Of a DNA stretch of 64,000 bases, positions 48,178 to 58,776 are shown piece after piece. A model generated the notes under the pieces. That model had not been told where the DNA came from. It saw only the letters and a program-made list of their open reading frames with translations, and did no database searches. Location: NCBI GenBank assembly GCA_965203055.1, contig OZ241863.1, positions 192,001 through 256,000 of the forward strand, written 5' to 3'. The stretch comes from Spirochaetia bacterium (GTDB lineage Bacteria; Spirochaetota; Spirochaetia; SZUA-6; Bin103). The translations under genes and the position numbers were made by a program. Position 1 is the stretch's first letter; each line of letters opens with the position of its first letter.

Positions 48178-49155
48178 TCAGCGCGCTCCGGCGCGCGGGG
48201 CGCGGTAGTCGGCCTGGGGCGTGGGCACCGTGTTCAGCGCATCCTCCACCACCGACGTGTCCGAAACTCCGCGCACCCAGTACTCCGGCTGCAACAGCAG
48301 GCGGTGCGCCAGCGCGATGGCCGCCACGCTCTTCACGTCTTCCGGCGTCACGAAGTCGCGCTCGTCCAGCACCGCCGCGGCCCGCGCCAGCTTGAACAGC
48401 GCGAACACCCCGCGCGGCGAGGCCCCGACCTGGATGCGGCCGTCGGCGCGGGTGGCGCGCGCCAGGTCGACGCTATACTTGGCAATCGCTTCGCTGACGT
48501 GCACCTCTTCCAGGGCGCGCTGCATCTCCAGCAGCTCCTGGTGGGATACGACCGGTTCCAGGGTCACGTCGTCCTGCTTGCGCTCCTGGCGCCGCAGGAG
48601 GATCTCCAGTTCCTGCTCCGGGTCGGGGTAGCCCACGCTGGTACGCATGATGAAGCGGTCCAGTTGCGCTTCGGGCAGCGGGTAGGTGCCCTCGAACTCC
48701 ACCGGATTCTGGGTGGCGATGACGATGAACGGAGGAGCGAGCGGAAAGCGGGCGCCCTCCACGGTGACCTGCCGCTCCTGCATCGCCTCCAGCAGGGCGG
48801 ATTGGGTCTTCGGCGTGGCGCGGTTGATCTCGTCGCCGAGCAGCAGGTGGGCGAACAACGGCCCGCGCCGGAACTCGAACTGCGCCTCCCGCTGGTTGTA
48901 GACGTAGCCGCCGGTGATCTCTCCCGGAAGCAGGTCGGGCGTGAACTGGATGCGGCTGAACTCGATGTCGAGCACCGCGGCGAAGGAGTGCGCGATCAGC
49001 GTCTTGGCCAGTCCGGGATTGTCCTGGATCAGGATGTGGCCGTCCGCCAGGATGCCCATGAGGATCTGCCTGAGCACCGCGTCCTTGCCGACGATCACCT
49101 GGCGCACGGAATCGATGACCTGTCGCGCCCGGTCGCTCACCTGCGGTAGTTGCAT
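48178..49155 (-). CDS. MoxR family AAA+ ATPase
   Basis: PGLAKT, RIQFTPDLLP, DEINRA.PKTQSALLEAM, YPLPEAQLDRF. Confidence 0.95.
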   Translation of the reverse strand: MQLPQVSDRARQVIDSVRQVIVGKDAVLRQILMGILADGHILIQDNPGLAKTLIAHSFAAVLDIEFSRIQFTPDLLPGEITGGYVYNQREAQFEFRRGPLFAHLLLGDEINRATPKTQSALLEAMQERQVTVEGARFPLAPPFIVIATQNPVEFEGTYPLPEAQLDRFIMRTSVGYPDPEQELEILLRRQERKQDDVTLEPVVSHQELLEMQRALEEVHVSEAIAKYSVDLARATRADGRIQVGASPRGVFALFKLARAAAVLDERDFVTPEDVKSVAAIALAHRLLLQPEYWVRGVSDTSVVEDALNTVPTPQADYRAPRAGAR

Positions 49156-49325
49156 AGTCGGTAGTTGCTCTCCTGCGGCAGCGCCGGGATGCGCGGCGGC
49201 TGCCGGCTCAAAGCTACCACGAAACGCCGCCGCGGCGTGGCTTTGACACCCGCCGGGGCGCGTGCTGTAATGCCGCCGGCAAGGGGGGCTGAGGTACTGC
49301 GATCCGGTATCCGGGAAGAGCGGGC

Positions 49326-50318
49326 ATGACCCGCGTCGATCGTTGGCTGCAGCATGCCCGGCGGCTGCCGTTCCTGGGACCGCGCGCCGGCAGCCGCGAC
49401 ATCCTGCCCCTCGCCGCGGCCGCGTTGCTGGTGTGCGCTGCGCTGGTAATCGCCGTGGCCGCGCTGCCGCGGGTCGATCCGGTCACCGCCGGCGGCGGGG
49501 CGAGCATTCCGCTGGTACCCCGGCTGGGAGCCGCGGCCACCAATCTGCTGCTGCTGCTCGTGGCGCTCGGCACCCTCGGACTCGGCGCGCTGGCCGTGGC
49601 CTATCTGATCGTCGCCCTGCGCGACGACCGGGTCCGCTATCTGGCCGGCAACGCGCCGCCGTGGCGCATCATCCTGCTCCTGGTCGCCGGCATGCTGCTG
49701 TTCTACCTCGCGGTAGCGGTGGTGCTGTCGCTGCTGGTGCTCCCCGATGATCAACCGCAGCCCCCGCCGCCCGCGGAAGGCGAGGGCGAACCTGAGGAAG
49801 AGGCAGCCGCCGCGGAGCAGCCGGCGGAGGAGCCGGTGGATTCCTTGACCGCCGCCACCCGAGCGCGGCGTACGCGCCTGCTCCTCATCACCCTGCTGGG
49901 GGTGGGGTTCGCCGCGGCCGCCTACTTCGCCGTTCGCCTGCTGCGCGCCGCCCCGGAGCGCGAACCGGAGCAGGTGCGGCTGTCGGACGAGCTGCGCCGC
50001 GACTTGGCCGAGGCCGCGGAGCTGGCGATCGCCGAGCTGGAGGCGGATTCCGACTTTCGGCGCGCGGTGATCGGCTGCTGGGCCTACCTGGAACTGGCCC
50101 TGGCGCGGCACGAGCATCCGCGCCCGCGCCATCACACGCCGTTGGAATACGTGCGCGCCCTGGTGGTGGAAGTGCCGGCGCTGCCGGCGCCGGCCCTGCT
50201 GGAGTTGACCGGGCGCTATGAAGTGGCGCGTTTCAGCGAGCACCCCATCACCCGCGGCGACCGCGACACGGCGCTGCGCTGCCTGCACGACATCCGCCGC
50301 CGCCTGAGCCTGGCATGA
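49326..50318 (+). CDS. DUF4129 membrane protein
   Basis: TM helices; TP.EY...LT..YE.ARFS.H. Confidence 0.8.
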   Translation: MTRVDRWLQHARRLPFLGPRAGSRDILPLAAAALLVCAALVIAVAALPRVDPVTAGGGASIPLVPRLGAAATNLLLLLVALGTLGLGALAVAYLIVALRDDRVRYLAGNAPPWRIILLLVAGMLLFYLAVAVVLSLLVLPDDQPQPPPPAEGEGEPEEEAAAAEQPAEEPVDSLTAATRARRTRLLLITLLGVGFAAAAYFAVRLLRAAPEREPEQVRLSDELRRDLAEAAELAIAELEADSDFRRAVIGCWAYLELALARHEHPRPRHHTPLEYVRALVVEVPALPAPALLELTGRYEVARFSEHPITRGDRDTALRCLHDIRRRLSLA

Positions 50319-50854
50319 GCGGCGCGGCCGACCGCGGGAGGCTGCAACCGCGCCCCTACGGCAGGCGCAGCGCAATCGTGCTCCTGATAGGCGCCGCCGG
50401 CCTGCTGGTGTGGGCGCTCACCGCGGGCGACGACCCGGCGCTGCGCACCGCCGCGGTCGGCGGCGTGGTGGCGCTGACGATCGCCGGCACCGCCATCCGC
50501 TACGCCCACCGCGCCATCCGCGAGCAACGCGGCGCGGCCCCGGAGGAGCCCGCGCCCGCCGCCGGCGCGCCCGAGCTGCCCGATTCCTATTCGCAACTCC
50601 TGCATCAACTCGACGCCGCGGTGCGCAGTCCCTCCTACCTGAGCGCGGTGCTGGTGCCGCGCCTGGAGGAGCTGCTGGAGGAGAAGCAGCCCGGCAGCGC
50701 CCGCGACCGGGTGCGCGGCCGGTTGCGGCGCCTGGCAGCCGCCGCGGCGCCGCGCTGGAGCCGCGGCTGGCTTGCCGCGCAACTGCTGCGCAACCGCCGC
50801 GCCACCGCCGCCGCGGTCGCGGCCGCGGCGCGCGACTTGGCGCGCCTGCCATGA
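50315..50854 (+). CDS. Hypothetical membrane protein
   Basis: Two N-terminal TMs; ATGA overlaps on both sides. Confidence 0.65.
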   Translation: MSGAADRGRLQPRPYGRRSAIVLLIGAAGLLVWALTAGDDPALRTAAVGGVVALTIAGTAIRYAHRAIREQRGAAPEEPAPAAGAPELPDSYSQLLHQLDAAVRSPSYLSAVLVPRLEELLEEKQPGSARDRVRGRLRRLAAAAAPRWSRGWLAAQLLRNRRATAAAVAAAARDLARLP

Positions 50855-52173
50855 GCGAAGCGGTCAAGCGCTACAGCCGCCGCCTCACCCTCTACTTCGT
50901 CCTCGTCGTGGTGGCCGCGCTGGCCGCGGTCATCGCCAACCGGTTGGAGCCGCTGGTAACCGCGGCGCCGTTCGCGGCCGCCATCCTGACGGCGCTGTTC
51001 ACGGAAGGCGCGCCCCGGGTCCGCACCCGCCACCAGGTGTCGCGCAGCGCGGTGCACGAGGACGAGGCGGTCGACGTCCACCTGGAGGTCCACGCCGAGG
51101 CCGACGTGGGCGTCCTGGAATTGCTCGACCCGCTGCCTGAGTGGGCCGAGGTGACCGCCGGCAGCAACCGCATCGTCCGCCCGCTGTACGCCGGCCAGCC
51201 GGAGCGCTTCCACTACCAGGTGCAGTTCCGGCGCCGCGCGCGGGTGGCCCTCGGCGGCCTGCGGCAGCGCTGGCACGATCCCTCCGCGCTGGTGCGCTGG
51301 GAACAGGCGCTGCCCGCTTCCAGCGAGCTCACGGTGCGCCCGCGGGCGGCGCCGATCACCCACCCGGTGCGGCCGGCGCGCACCCAGGTGTACATGGGAA
51401 ACTACCCCGCCCCCACGATCGGCGACGGACTGGAGATCGCCGAGCTGCGGCCGCACGTGCCCGGCGACCGCCTGCGCAGCATCAACTGGCGGGCGTCCCT
51501 GCGCATGGGCGCGCTGCACGTCAACGACTATGCCCCCGAACGCAACGCCGACGTGGTGCTGCTGCTCGACACCTTCGCCGACGCCGGACCGCCCGGCGCG
51601 CGGCTGCTGGATACCGGCGCGCGCCTGGCGGCCAGCCTCGCCGACCACTTCCTGGCCGCCCGCAACCGCGTCGGCCTGATCGAACTGAGCGGCATCCTCA
51701 AGTGGCTGATCCCGGCCAGCGGCCCGCGCCAGCGCTACCGGCTGCTGGAAAGCCTTACCGACGCCGCGGTACGGCAGAGCTACGTGGGCCAGAATCTGCG
51801 CACCATTCCGGCCCGGGTCCTGCCGGCGCGCGCCTTCGTCATTGCCATCTCGGGGTTGATCGACGCGCGCTTCGCCTTCGCCGCCGGCGACCTGCACGCG
51901 CGCGGCTTCAACGTGGCGCTGGTGGCGCTCGACGCCGCCGCGGCCGCCGAGCACGCGGTCCGCATGCAACGCGCCGACGCGCCCGGCCGGCTGCTGGGTC
52001 CCGCGGCCGCCGATCTGTGGCGGCTGGAACTGGCCGAGCGGCGGCACAGTTTGCAGCACGCCGGCGTGCCGCTGGTGCCGTGCGCCGCCGACACGCCGCC
52101 GGAGCTGGTGGGGCGCGCCCTCGATCGGCTGCGCCGCGCCGGCGCCGGCCAGCGCGTCAGGATCGGCAGCTAG
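50851..52173 (+). CDS. DUF58 protein (MoxR-associated)
   Basis: ELRP..PGDRLRSINWRAS, VVLLLD, NRVGL. Confidence 0.88.
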   Translation: MSEAVKRYSRRLTLYFVLVVVAALAAVIANRLEPLVTAAPFAAAILTALFTEGAPRVRTRHQVSRSAVHEDEAVDVHLEVHAEADVGVLELLDPLPEWAEVTAGSNRIVRPLYAGQPERFHYQVQFRRRARVALGGLRQRWHDPSALVRWEQALPASSELTVRPRAAPITHPVRPARTQVYMGNYPAPTIGDGLEIAELRPHVPGDRLRSINWRASLRMGALHVNDYAPERNADVVLLLDTFADAGPPGARLLDTGARLAASLADHFLAARNRVGLIELSGILKWLIPASGPRQRYRLLESLTDAAVRQSYVGQNLRTIPARVLPARAFVIAISGLIDARFAFAAGDLHARGFNVALVALDAAAAAEHAVRMQRADAPGRLLGPAAADLWRLELAERRHSLQHAGVPLVPCAADTPPELVGRALDRLRRAGAGQRVRIGS

Positions 52174-52187
52174 CCGATGGCCGACCG

Positions 52188-52730
52188 GTGATTCGCGGTC
52201 TGGTACTGAGCCTGCCGGTGCTGGTGGCGGCGTACGTCATGAGCATCGATTCCTCCGGCGGGTTGGCGGTGCTGGTCACCGGGGCGGTCGCGGCGGCGAT
52301 CGCCGGCGCCGCGCTGCGGCGCTACCGGTTGCTGGCGCTGGGCGCGGCGCTGCTGTTGCCGGCATACTGGGCCGCCCTGCTGGCCGCCGGGCGCGATCCC
52401 GACTTCTGGGGCGCGCTGGGGGTCGGCCTGGCCGTGTTCCTGCTCCTGGAGCTGGGTTACGACTGGACGGCGCTGTTCGGCCGCGCCGTCAGCCTGGCGG
52501 AATACGCGGCGCGCTGGCGCCACCTGGTGCGGAGCTGCGCGCTCGCCGCCGCGGCGGCCTACCTGATCACCCTGCTGGCGGTGAACCTCGCGCCGCGCCT
52601 GCAACACGCTGACGACACCGTGCTGTTTCTGCTGGCGGCGGCCGCCGCCGCGGCGGTGGCGGTGCTGCTCGCGAGCCTGGTGCGGTTGTGGCTGCGCCGG
52701 CTCGCCGCGGGCGGCCCGGCAGACCACTGA
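52188..52730 (+). CDS. Hypothetical membrane protein
   Basis: Hydrophobic ORF from GTG 52188 following the DUF58 gene. Confidence 0.6.
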   Translation: MIRGLVLSLPVLVAAYVMSIDSSGGLAVLVTGAVAAAIAGAALRRYRLLALGAALLLPAYWAALLAAGRDPDFWGALGVGLAVFLLLELGYDWTALFGRAVSLAEYAARWRHLVRSCALAAAAAYLITLLAVNLAPRLQHADDTVLFLLAAAAAAAVAVLLASLVRLWLRRLAAGGPADH

Positions 52731-52846
52731 CCGAGCCGCACCCGCTCCGCCCGTGCGCGCGGCGCAACGCGCCGGGGCGCGGAACGGATGCCCGCGTTGC
52801 CGGCCGGCGGCCGTGAGCGGCCCGACGCCGGCGCGCGTTCCCCGGA

Positions 52847-53848
52847 TCAGCCGCGCGGCGGCGCCTCCGGCTTGCCGCTGTGGTGCGAGGCGTACACCGC
52901 GTCCATCAGTTCGCTGTACGCCACCCCGTTGCGCGGGCTGGTCGCCGGCTCGGCCTGGCCGAGCACCGCGTCGATGAAGTTGCCGATCGGTGAGTCGGCG
53001 CCGCCCGGCAACTCCGGTTCGATCTCCTCGGCGCCGTCGAATACGCGGATCCACGATCCCATCCAGCCGTCGACGTCGATGCGCCCGCCGGTGAAGATGA
53101 AGGTCAGCGCGGCGCCCGCCCCCGCGCAGTTGCCGCTGACCGTGATGCTCGCCATGACCCCATTGGCAAAGCGCACTGCCAGCACGCTGTTGATGTCCAC
53201 CGGCGTATCCTGGTAGTCCATGAAGCTGAACACCTGCCGCGGCGACGACTCCACCGTCCACACCACGCTGTTGAGCAGGTGGGAGCCGCTGTCGTAGGCT
53301 TGGCCGCCGCCGGACAGCGCCGGATCCTGCCGCCAGGAGCCGGCGGTGGTACGGTTCCAGTCCTGCGACAGGAAGCCGCTCACCAGTTCCAGGCGCCCGA
53401 AGCGGCCGCTGCGCACCGCCTCGCGCAGGTAGCGGAACGGCGGCGTGCTCGGCGTGTTGTAGCCTACCACCAGGATGCGGCCCGACTCCGCCACCAGGCG
53501 TTCCAACTCCCGCGCCTGCGCGGTAGCGGTGACCATCGGCTTCTCCATGAACACGTGGCAGCCGGCGGCCAACGCCTGCTTGCCGTGCGCGAAGTGCGCG
53601 GTATGCGGGGTGCAAATCACCACCGCGTCCAGCGCCGCGGCGCGGTACATGGCCGCGGCGTCGTCGTACGCCGGCGGGGACGCCGCGCCGGCCAGTTCCT
53701 CGGTCAGATGCTCCGCAACCCAGCGCTCGATGATGCCGGTGTCTACGTCGCACAGCGCCGCCAGCTCGGCGGCCGGGTGCGCCAGAATCCGCTTGGCGTG
53801 GTGGCGCGACATGCGCCCGCAGCCGAGGATCCCTACTCGAAGTGCCAC
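52847..53848 (-). CDS. Gfo/Idh/MocA oxidoreductase
   Basis: GILGCG, MEKP, SGGGQAYDSGSH; SD AAGGAGG. Confidence 0.9.
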   Translation of the reverse strand: MALRVGILGCGRMSRHHAKRILAHPAAELAALCDVDTGIIERWVAEHLTEELAGAASPPAYDDAAAMYRAAALDAVVICTPHTAHFAHGKQALAAGCHVFMEKPMVTATAQARELERLVAESGRILVVGYNTPSTPPFRYLREAVRSGRFGRLELVSGFLSQDWNRTTAGSWRQDPALSGGGQAYDSGSHLLNSVVWTVESSPRQVFSFMDYQDTPVDINSVLAVRFANGVMASITVSGNCAGAGAALTFIFTGGRIDVDGWMGSWIRVFDGAEEIEPELPGGADSPIGNFIDAVLGQAEPATSPRNGVAYSELMDAVYASHHSGKPEAPPRG

Positions 53849-54062
53849 CTGTGCCTCCTTGTCGCGGCAGCACCATAGCCAATTACCGCCGGCGACGGAA
53901 GCCGTTTGCCGCGGCCGGGATGCGGCCGGCGGGCTGGGTCCGGGCGGCGCTCCGGTCCGGCGCAGTCCGGTACGTCCGCTTTTGGCTTGCTTGCTGGCTG
54001 GGTCTGCGGTTGGTTGCGCCGCCGCGCGGCGTGCTATGCTGTACGGGAGGAGTAGCGCGCGA

Positions 54063-55265
54063 ATGCGACGATGGACGGTGACCGACCATGCCGCAGGGGT
54101 GTGGGTGGAGACGCTGGACCTGGGAGCCGCGGAGCTGGGGCTGGCCGACTGCCGGGTTACCAAGCGGCGCCTGCGCGGCGGCCTGAGCGACGGCGTCGAC
54201 CTGCTGCAGGTGACCTGCGGCGAGCTTTCGTTCGCGGTGCTGCCGACCCGCGGGATGAGCCTGTGGCGCGGCCGCTACCGCGGCCTGGAGCTGGGCTGGC
54301 AGTCGCCGATCCGGGGACCGGTGCATCCCTGCTACGTGCCGCCCGGCGAACGCGGCGGCCTGGGCTGGCTGCGCGGCTTCGACGAGTGGGTGGTGCGCTG
54401 CGGTCTGGACTCCAACGGCGCGCCCGGCGCCGACACCGTGCGCGACAACAACGGCAACCCGGTCAGCGTGCAACTCGACCTGCACGGCAAGATCGCCAAC
54501 CTGCCGGCGCACTACCTGGCGGTCAGCGCCGACCCGGCGCAGGAGGTGCTGCAGATTACCGGCCACGTGGCCGAAAGCGCCCTGTTCCATCCGCTGCTGG
54601 AGTTGCGCACCACGATCACGGTGACCCCCGGCTCGTCCCGCATCACGGTGACCGACAGCGTGCATAACCTGCAGGCCACGCCGGCGGAGCTGGAGCTGCT
54701 CTACCACTGCAACTTCGGGCCGCCGTTCCTGCAGGCCGGCAGCCGCGTGGCGCTGCCGTTCACCGCCATGGCGCCGCGCGACGCCCGCGCCCGGGAGGGG
54801 ATCGGCGACGACCCCGCCACTGCCGCGGCGCGCGCCCTGGCCTGCTCCGGCCCGAGCGCCGGCTACGTCGAGCAGGTGTACTTCTTCCAGCCGGCGGCGC
54901 GGCCCGGCGACGGCGCCTCCCTGGCCGCCCTCGTCGCGGCCGACGCCAGCCGCGCCGCGGTGGTGCGCTTCGATTGCCGCCAACTGCCGTGCCTGACGCT
55001 GTGGAAGAACACCGCCGCGGTGGAGCAGGGCTACGTAGTCGGCCTGGAGCCGGCCACCAACTATCCCAACACCCGCGCCGTGGAGCGGGCCGGCGGGCGC
55101 GTGGTCAACCTGCCGCCGGGAGCGCGCTACGACGCCCAGGTGATGCTGGAGGTGGCGCTGGGCGAGGAAGCGGTGGCCGAGGTGGAGGCGGAGATCGGCC
55201 AGCTCCGGGCCGGCGCCGCCGGCACCGTCCACCTGCGGCCCCATGCCGACTTCGGCGCGGGTTGA
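54063..55265 (+). CDS. Aldose 1-epimerase-like protein (DUF4432)
   Basis: LPTRGM, GLGWL.GF, LHG, LYHCNFG, GLEP.TN.P. Confidence 0.88.
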   Translation: MRRWTVTDHAAGVWVETLDLGAAELGLADCRVTKRRLRGGLSDGVDLLQVTCGELSFAVLPTRGMSLWRGRYRGLELGWQSPIRGPVHPCYVPPGERGGLGWLRGFDEWVVRCGLDSNGAPGADTVRDNNGNPVSVQLDLHGKIANLPAHYLAVSADPAQEVLQITGHVAESALFHPLLELRTTITVTPGSSRITVTDSVHNLQATPAELELLYHCNFGPPFLQAGSRVALPFTAMAPRDARAREGIGDDPATAAARALACSGPSAGYVEQVYFFQPAARPGDGASLAALVAADASRAAVVRFDCRQLPCLTLWKNTAAVEQGYVVGLEPATNYPNTRAVERAGGRVVNLPPGARYDAQVMLEVALGEEAVAEVEAEIGQLRAGAAGTVHLRPHADFGAG

Positions 55266-55299
55266 CGGCCGCGGCGCTGCCCGCCACTCTGTCAGCGGC

Positions 55300-56556
55300 A
55301 TGTCCGCAGCGGACGACACCCGGGTCGTGGTAACCGGGCTCGGAGCGGTGAGCTCCCTCGGCAACGATGCCGCGCGGACGTGGCAGGGCGCGCGTTCCGG
55401 CAGCATCGGCATCGGCCCCATCACCAAGTTCGATCCCGCGCCGCTGGCGGCCAAGGTGGCCAGCGAAGTGCACGACCTGCCGGTCGGCGACTACCTGGAA
55501 CGCAAGGAGGCGCGGCGCATGGATCAGTTCACGGTCTACGCGACGGTGGCTGCCATTCAGGCGCTGCGCGACGCCGGTCTGGACGCGCCCGGGGCGCTGC
55601 CGCCGGAGCGCACCGGCATCATGCTGGGGGTGGGCTTCGGCGGCGTCCATTCCTTCCGGCGCGCCAGCGAAGCGCTGGTCGAACGCGGCCCGGGCGGCGT
55701 GGAGCCGCTGTTCGTGCCCAAGATGATGGCCAACAGCCCGGTCGGCCAGCTCGCCATCAAGTTCGGCATTACCGGCCCGGGGCTGGTGATCGCGTCGGCC
55801 TGCACCTCGGCTACCGACGCCATCGGCCGCGCCCTGCGCTGCATCCGGGCGGGGCTGTGCGACGTGATGATCACCGGCGGCGCCGAAGCCCTCCTGTCGC
55901 CGATCACCTTCGCCGGCTTCGGCAACCTGCAGGCGCTCACCACCAGCTTCAACGACGCGCCGCAACGGGCCAGCCGCCCGTTCGACAAGTCACGCAGCGG
56001 CTTCGTCCTCGCCGAGGGCGCCGGCGTGCTGCTGATCGAAGCGGCGCACCACGCCGCGGCGCGCGGCGCGCCGGTCTACGCCGAGCTGGCCGGCTACGGC
56101 GCCACCTGCGACGCGCACCACCTTACCGCGCCCCATCCGCAAGGTCTGGGCGCCCAGTCGGCCATGCGCCAGGCGATGCGCAGCGCCGGGCTGCAGCCGC
56201 AGGAGGTGGATTACGTCAACGCCCACGGCACCTCCACGCCGCTCAACGACCCGATCGAGACCGCCGCCATCAAAGGGGTGTTCGGCGCCCATGCGTATCG
56301 GCTCAAGGTGTCGTCCACCAAGTCGATGGTGGGCCATCTGCTCGGCGGCTCCGGCGGCGTGGAGGCGGTGGTCACGGTCAAGGCGCTGCACGAGCAGTTC
56401 TACCCGCCGACCGCCAACCTGGAAGACCCGGATCCGGCGTGCGACCTGGACTACGTGCCGCAGCGCGGGGTGGCGGCGCCGATGCGATCGGCGCTCTCCA
56501 ACAGCTTCGGCTTCGGCGGCCACAACGGGGTGGTGGCCTTCAAGCGCGCCGGTTGA
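55300..56556 (+). CDS. fabF: 3-oxoacyl-ACP synthase II
   Basis: VVVTGLG, SAC, NAHGTST, KSMVGH, SNSFGFGGHN. Confidence 0.93.
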   Translation: MSAADDTRVVVTGLGAVSSLGNDAARTWQGARSGSIGIGPITKFDPAPLAAKVASEVHDLPVGDYLERKEARRMDQFTVYATVAAIQALRDAGLDAPGALPPERTGIMLGVGFGGVHSFRRASEALVERGPGGVEPLFVPKMMANSPVGQLAIKFGITGPGLVIASACTSATDAIGRALRCIRAGLCDVMITGGAEALLSPITFAGFGNLQALTTSFNDAPQRASRPFDKSRSGFVLAEGAGVLLIEAAHHAAARGAPVYAELAGYGATCDAHHLTAPHPQGLGAQSAMRQAMRSAGLQPQEVDYVNAHGTSTPLNDPIETAAIKGVFGAHAYRLKVSSTKSMVGHLLGGSGGVEAVVTVKALHEQFYPPTANLEDPDPACDLDYVPQRGVAAPMRSALSNSFGFGGHNGVVAFKRAG

Positions 56557-57353
56557 CGGACAGCGCGAACCTTCCGCTCCCGGCGGTGCGCCTGCGCCCG
56601 CCGGCCGATACCTGCTTCGAGCTGCAGGTGGCGGACGTGACCATCCCGGTTACCGTGCGCCACCAGGCGCGCGTCAACGCGCGCGCTACCATCGGCGCGC
56701 GCGGGCTCCTCATCCGGTTGCCCTCCGCGGCCGGCGCGGCCGCCTGCGACGAGCACGTGGCGTTCCTGCTGCGCTGGGCGGTGCGCACCATCGGCCGCGA
56801 CCCGCAGCGCTACCGGCCGCGCGCTCCGCGCCGCTACCGGGACGGCGACCTGCTGGCGGCCGGCGGCGACCGGTTCCGGCTGCGCATCGCGCCGGCGGCG
56901 CGCGTTACCAATGGCGTGCGCCTGGCCGGGCTCGAACCGGACGGCGCCCGCGTGATCCGCATCCTCCTCGCCGCCCGCCAAACCGCGGCCGCGCGGCAGC
57001 ACGCCCTGCCGCGGCTGGTGAGCCGCGGCCTGGCCCTGGCCAAGGAGCCGGAGCTGCGGCAACGGGCCGCGGCGCTCAACGAGCAGTTCTTTCAGCGCCG
57101 GCTCGGCACGGTGCGCTTCCGCTTTACCCGCAACCGTTGGGGGAGCTGCAGCGCGGACGGCAACATCAGCATCTCCACCCGCGCGCTGCTGGCGCCGGTC
57201 GCGGTGTTCGACTACGTGTTGATCCACGAGCTGGCCCATCTGGTGGAGTTCAACCACTCGCCGCGATTCTGGCAGGCGGTGGCCGCGGCGGCGCCCGACT
57301 ACCGCCGCCACCAGGCGTGGTTGCGGCGCCATCACCGCGACTGCCAGTTCTGA
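56553..57353 (+). CDS. YgjP/DUF45-type zinc metallopeptidase
   Basis: RWGSCS, YVLIHELAHL, NHSPRFW; TTG start is inferred. Confidence 0.85.
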   Translation: MTDSANLPLPAVRLRPPADTCFELQVADVTIPVTVRHQARVNARATIGARGLLIRLPSAAGAAACDEHVAFLLRWAVRTIGRDPQRYRPRAPRRYRDGDLLAAGGDRFRLRIAPAARVTNGVRLAGLEPDGARVIRILLAARQTAAARQHALPRLVSRGLALAKEPELRQRAAALNEQFFQRRLGTVRFRFTRNRWGSCSADGNISISTRALLAPVAVFDYVLIHELAHLVEFNHSPRFWQAVAAAAPDYRRHQAWLRRHHRDCQF

Positions 57354-57458
57354 AAAGCGCCGGTTCCCGAAGGAGCGCGCGCCCACCGCGGCCGCGCCGC
57401 CTCGCCGCCGGTCGGCTTGCGCAGCGGGCCGCGGATACCACATAATCGCCCGTACCCT

Positions 57459-58748
57459 ATGGCTACCCAGGCAGCACCGCGCGGGCGCGCCGCAACCCTC
57501 GGCCTTGCTCCGAGCTTCGGCTTCGGCGACCGCATCGGGCTGGCCACCCCCGGTCACGCCGAGGCGATGCGCCGCGCCGGCGCCGGCATCGAACCGATCT
57601 TCGCCCAGCAGTCGATCCGCGAGATGGAGCGCACCGACCGCTCGCCGTCCCAGGTGCTGGCCGCGGCGCTGGACGGCATGGCCGCCGGCGGCTGGCCGGG
57701 GCCTACCGGGGCGGACGCCGACCATCTCAAGACCGCGGCCGACGTCGACGCCACCCACGCCGCCGGCTACACCTTCTACACCATCGATCCCTCCGACTAC
57801 GTGGACGAGCAGGCCGACGGCTACGATGACGCGACCCTGCAAGCCAGGTACGCGGCGGTGCGCGGCGAAGCGGAGTGGGTGGAGCGCTATCAGGGCCGCG
57901 CCATCTCCTGCGGCGCGGTCACGGTGCGGTTCGACGCCGCGGCGTGCATGCGCTGCGCGGTGAAGTATGGCCGCGCCATCCGCCGCGCGCTGGCGCTGGG
58001 CGACCACATCCGCGCCGTGAACGAGGCCGCCGGCAGCGACTACGAGATCGAGCTCAGCGTCGACGAAACCGAGCAGCCCACCACGCTGGCGGAGCACTAC
58101 ATCATCGCCGACCTGTGCCTGCGCCGCGGGATGAAGCTGGTGTCGCTGGCGCCGCGCTACCCCGGCGACTTCGAGAAGGGGATCGATTACCGGGGGGACG
58201 TGGCCGCGCTCGAACGTACGTTGCGGCAGCACGCCGCCATTGCCGAGGCGCTCGGCCCCTACAAGCTGTCGCTGCACTCCGGCTCCGACAAGCTGGCGAT
58301 GTACCCGGCGTTCGCCCGCGCCAGCGGCGGGCGGTTCCACGTCAAGACCGCCGGCACCAGCTACCTGGAGGCGCTGCGGGTGGCGGCGCGCCATGACGAG
58401 CCGTTGTTCCGGCGCATCATCGACTTCGCCCGCGCCCGCTATCCCGCCGACAAGGCCACCTACCACGTCTCGGCGACGGTGGCCGGCGTGGCGCCGGGCG
58501 CGGCGATCAGCGACCCCAGGGAGCTGGAAGACACCTACCTGGGGCTCTGGGAACGGGTGCCGCCGGGCCGCGGCTTCACCCAGCCGGGGCGCCAGATCCT
58601 GCACTGCACGTTCGGTTCGACGCTGCGCGACGCCGAGCTCGGCCCGGCGCTGGTGGCGCTGCTGGAGGCTCACCCCGACACCTACCGCGAGGTGCTGGCC
58701 GACCACTTCGCGCGCCACTTGGCGGCGCTGCGCGCCGGGCTCCGCTGA
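57459..58748 (+). CDS. uxaE: Tagaturonate/fructuronate epimerase family
   Basis: GFGDRIGLATPGH, AQQSIRE, GADADH, HSGSDK, HVKTAGTSYLEAL. Confidence 0.88.
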   Translation: MATQAAPRGRAATLGLAPSFGFGDRIGLATPGHAEAMRRAGAGIEPIFAQQSIREMERTDRSPSQVLAAALDGMAAGGWPGPTGADADHLKTAADVDATHAAGYTFYTIDPSDYVDEQADGYDDATLQARYAAVRGEAEWVERYQGRAISCGAVTVRFDAAACMRCAVKYGRAIRRALALGDHIRAVNEAAGSDYEIELSVDETEQPTTLAEHYIIADLCLRRGMKLVSLAPRYPGDFEKGIDYRGDVAALERTLRQHAAIAEALGPYKLSLHSGSDKLAMYPAFARASGGRFHVKTAGTSYLEALRVAARHDEPLFRRIIDFARARYPADKATYHVSATVAGVAPGAAISDPRELEDTYLGLWERVPPGRGFTQPGRQILHCTFGSTLRDAELGPALVALLEAHPDTYREVLADHFARHLAALRAGLR

Positions 58749-58776
58749 GTTCCCGAACGACGCCGCAGGGCGGCGC

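Noticed and set aside
55300..56556. fabF as part of a PKS cluster
   Set aside because: No ACP, chain-length factor or tailoring genes adjacent
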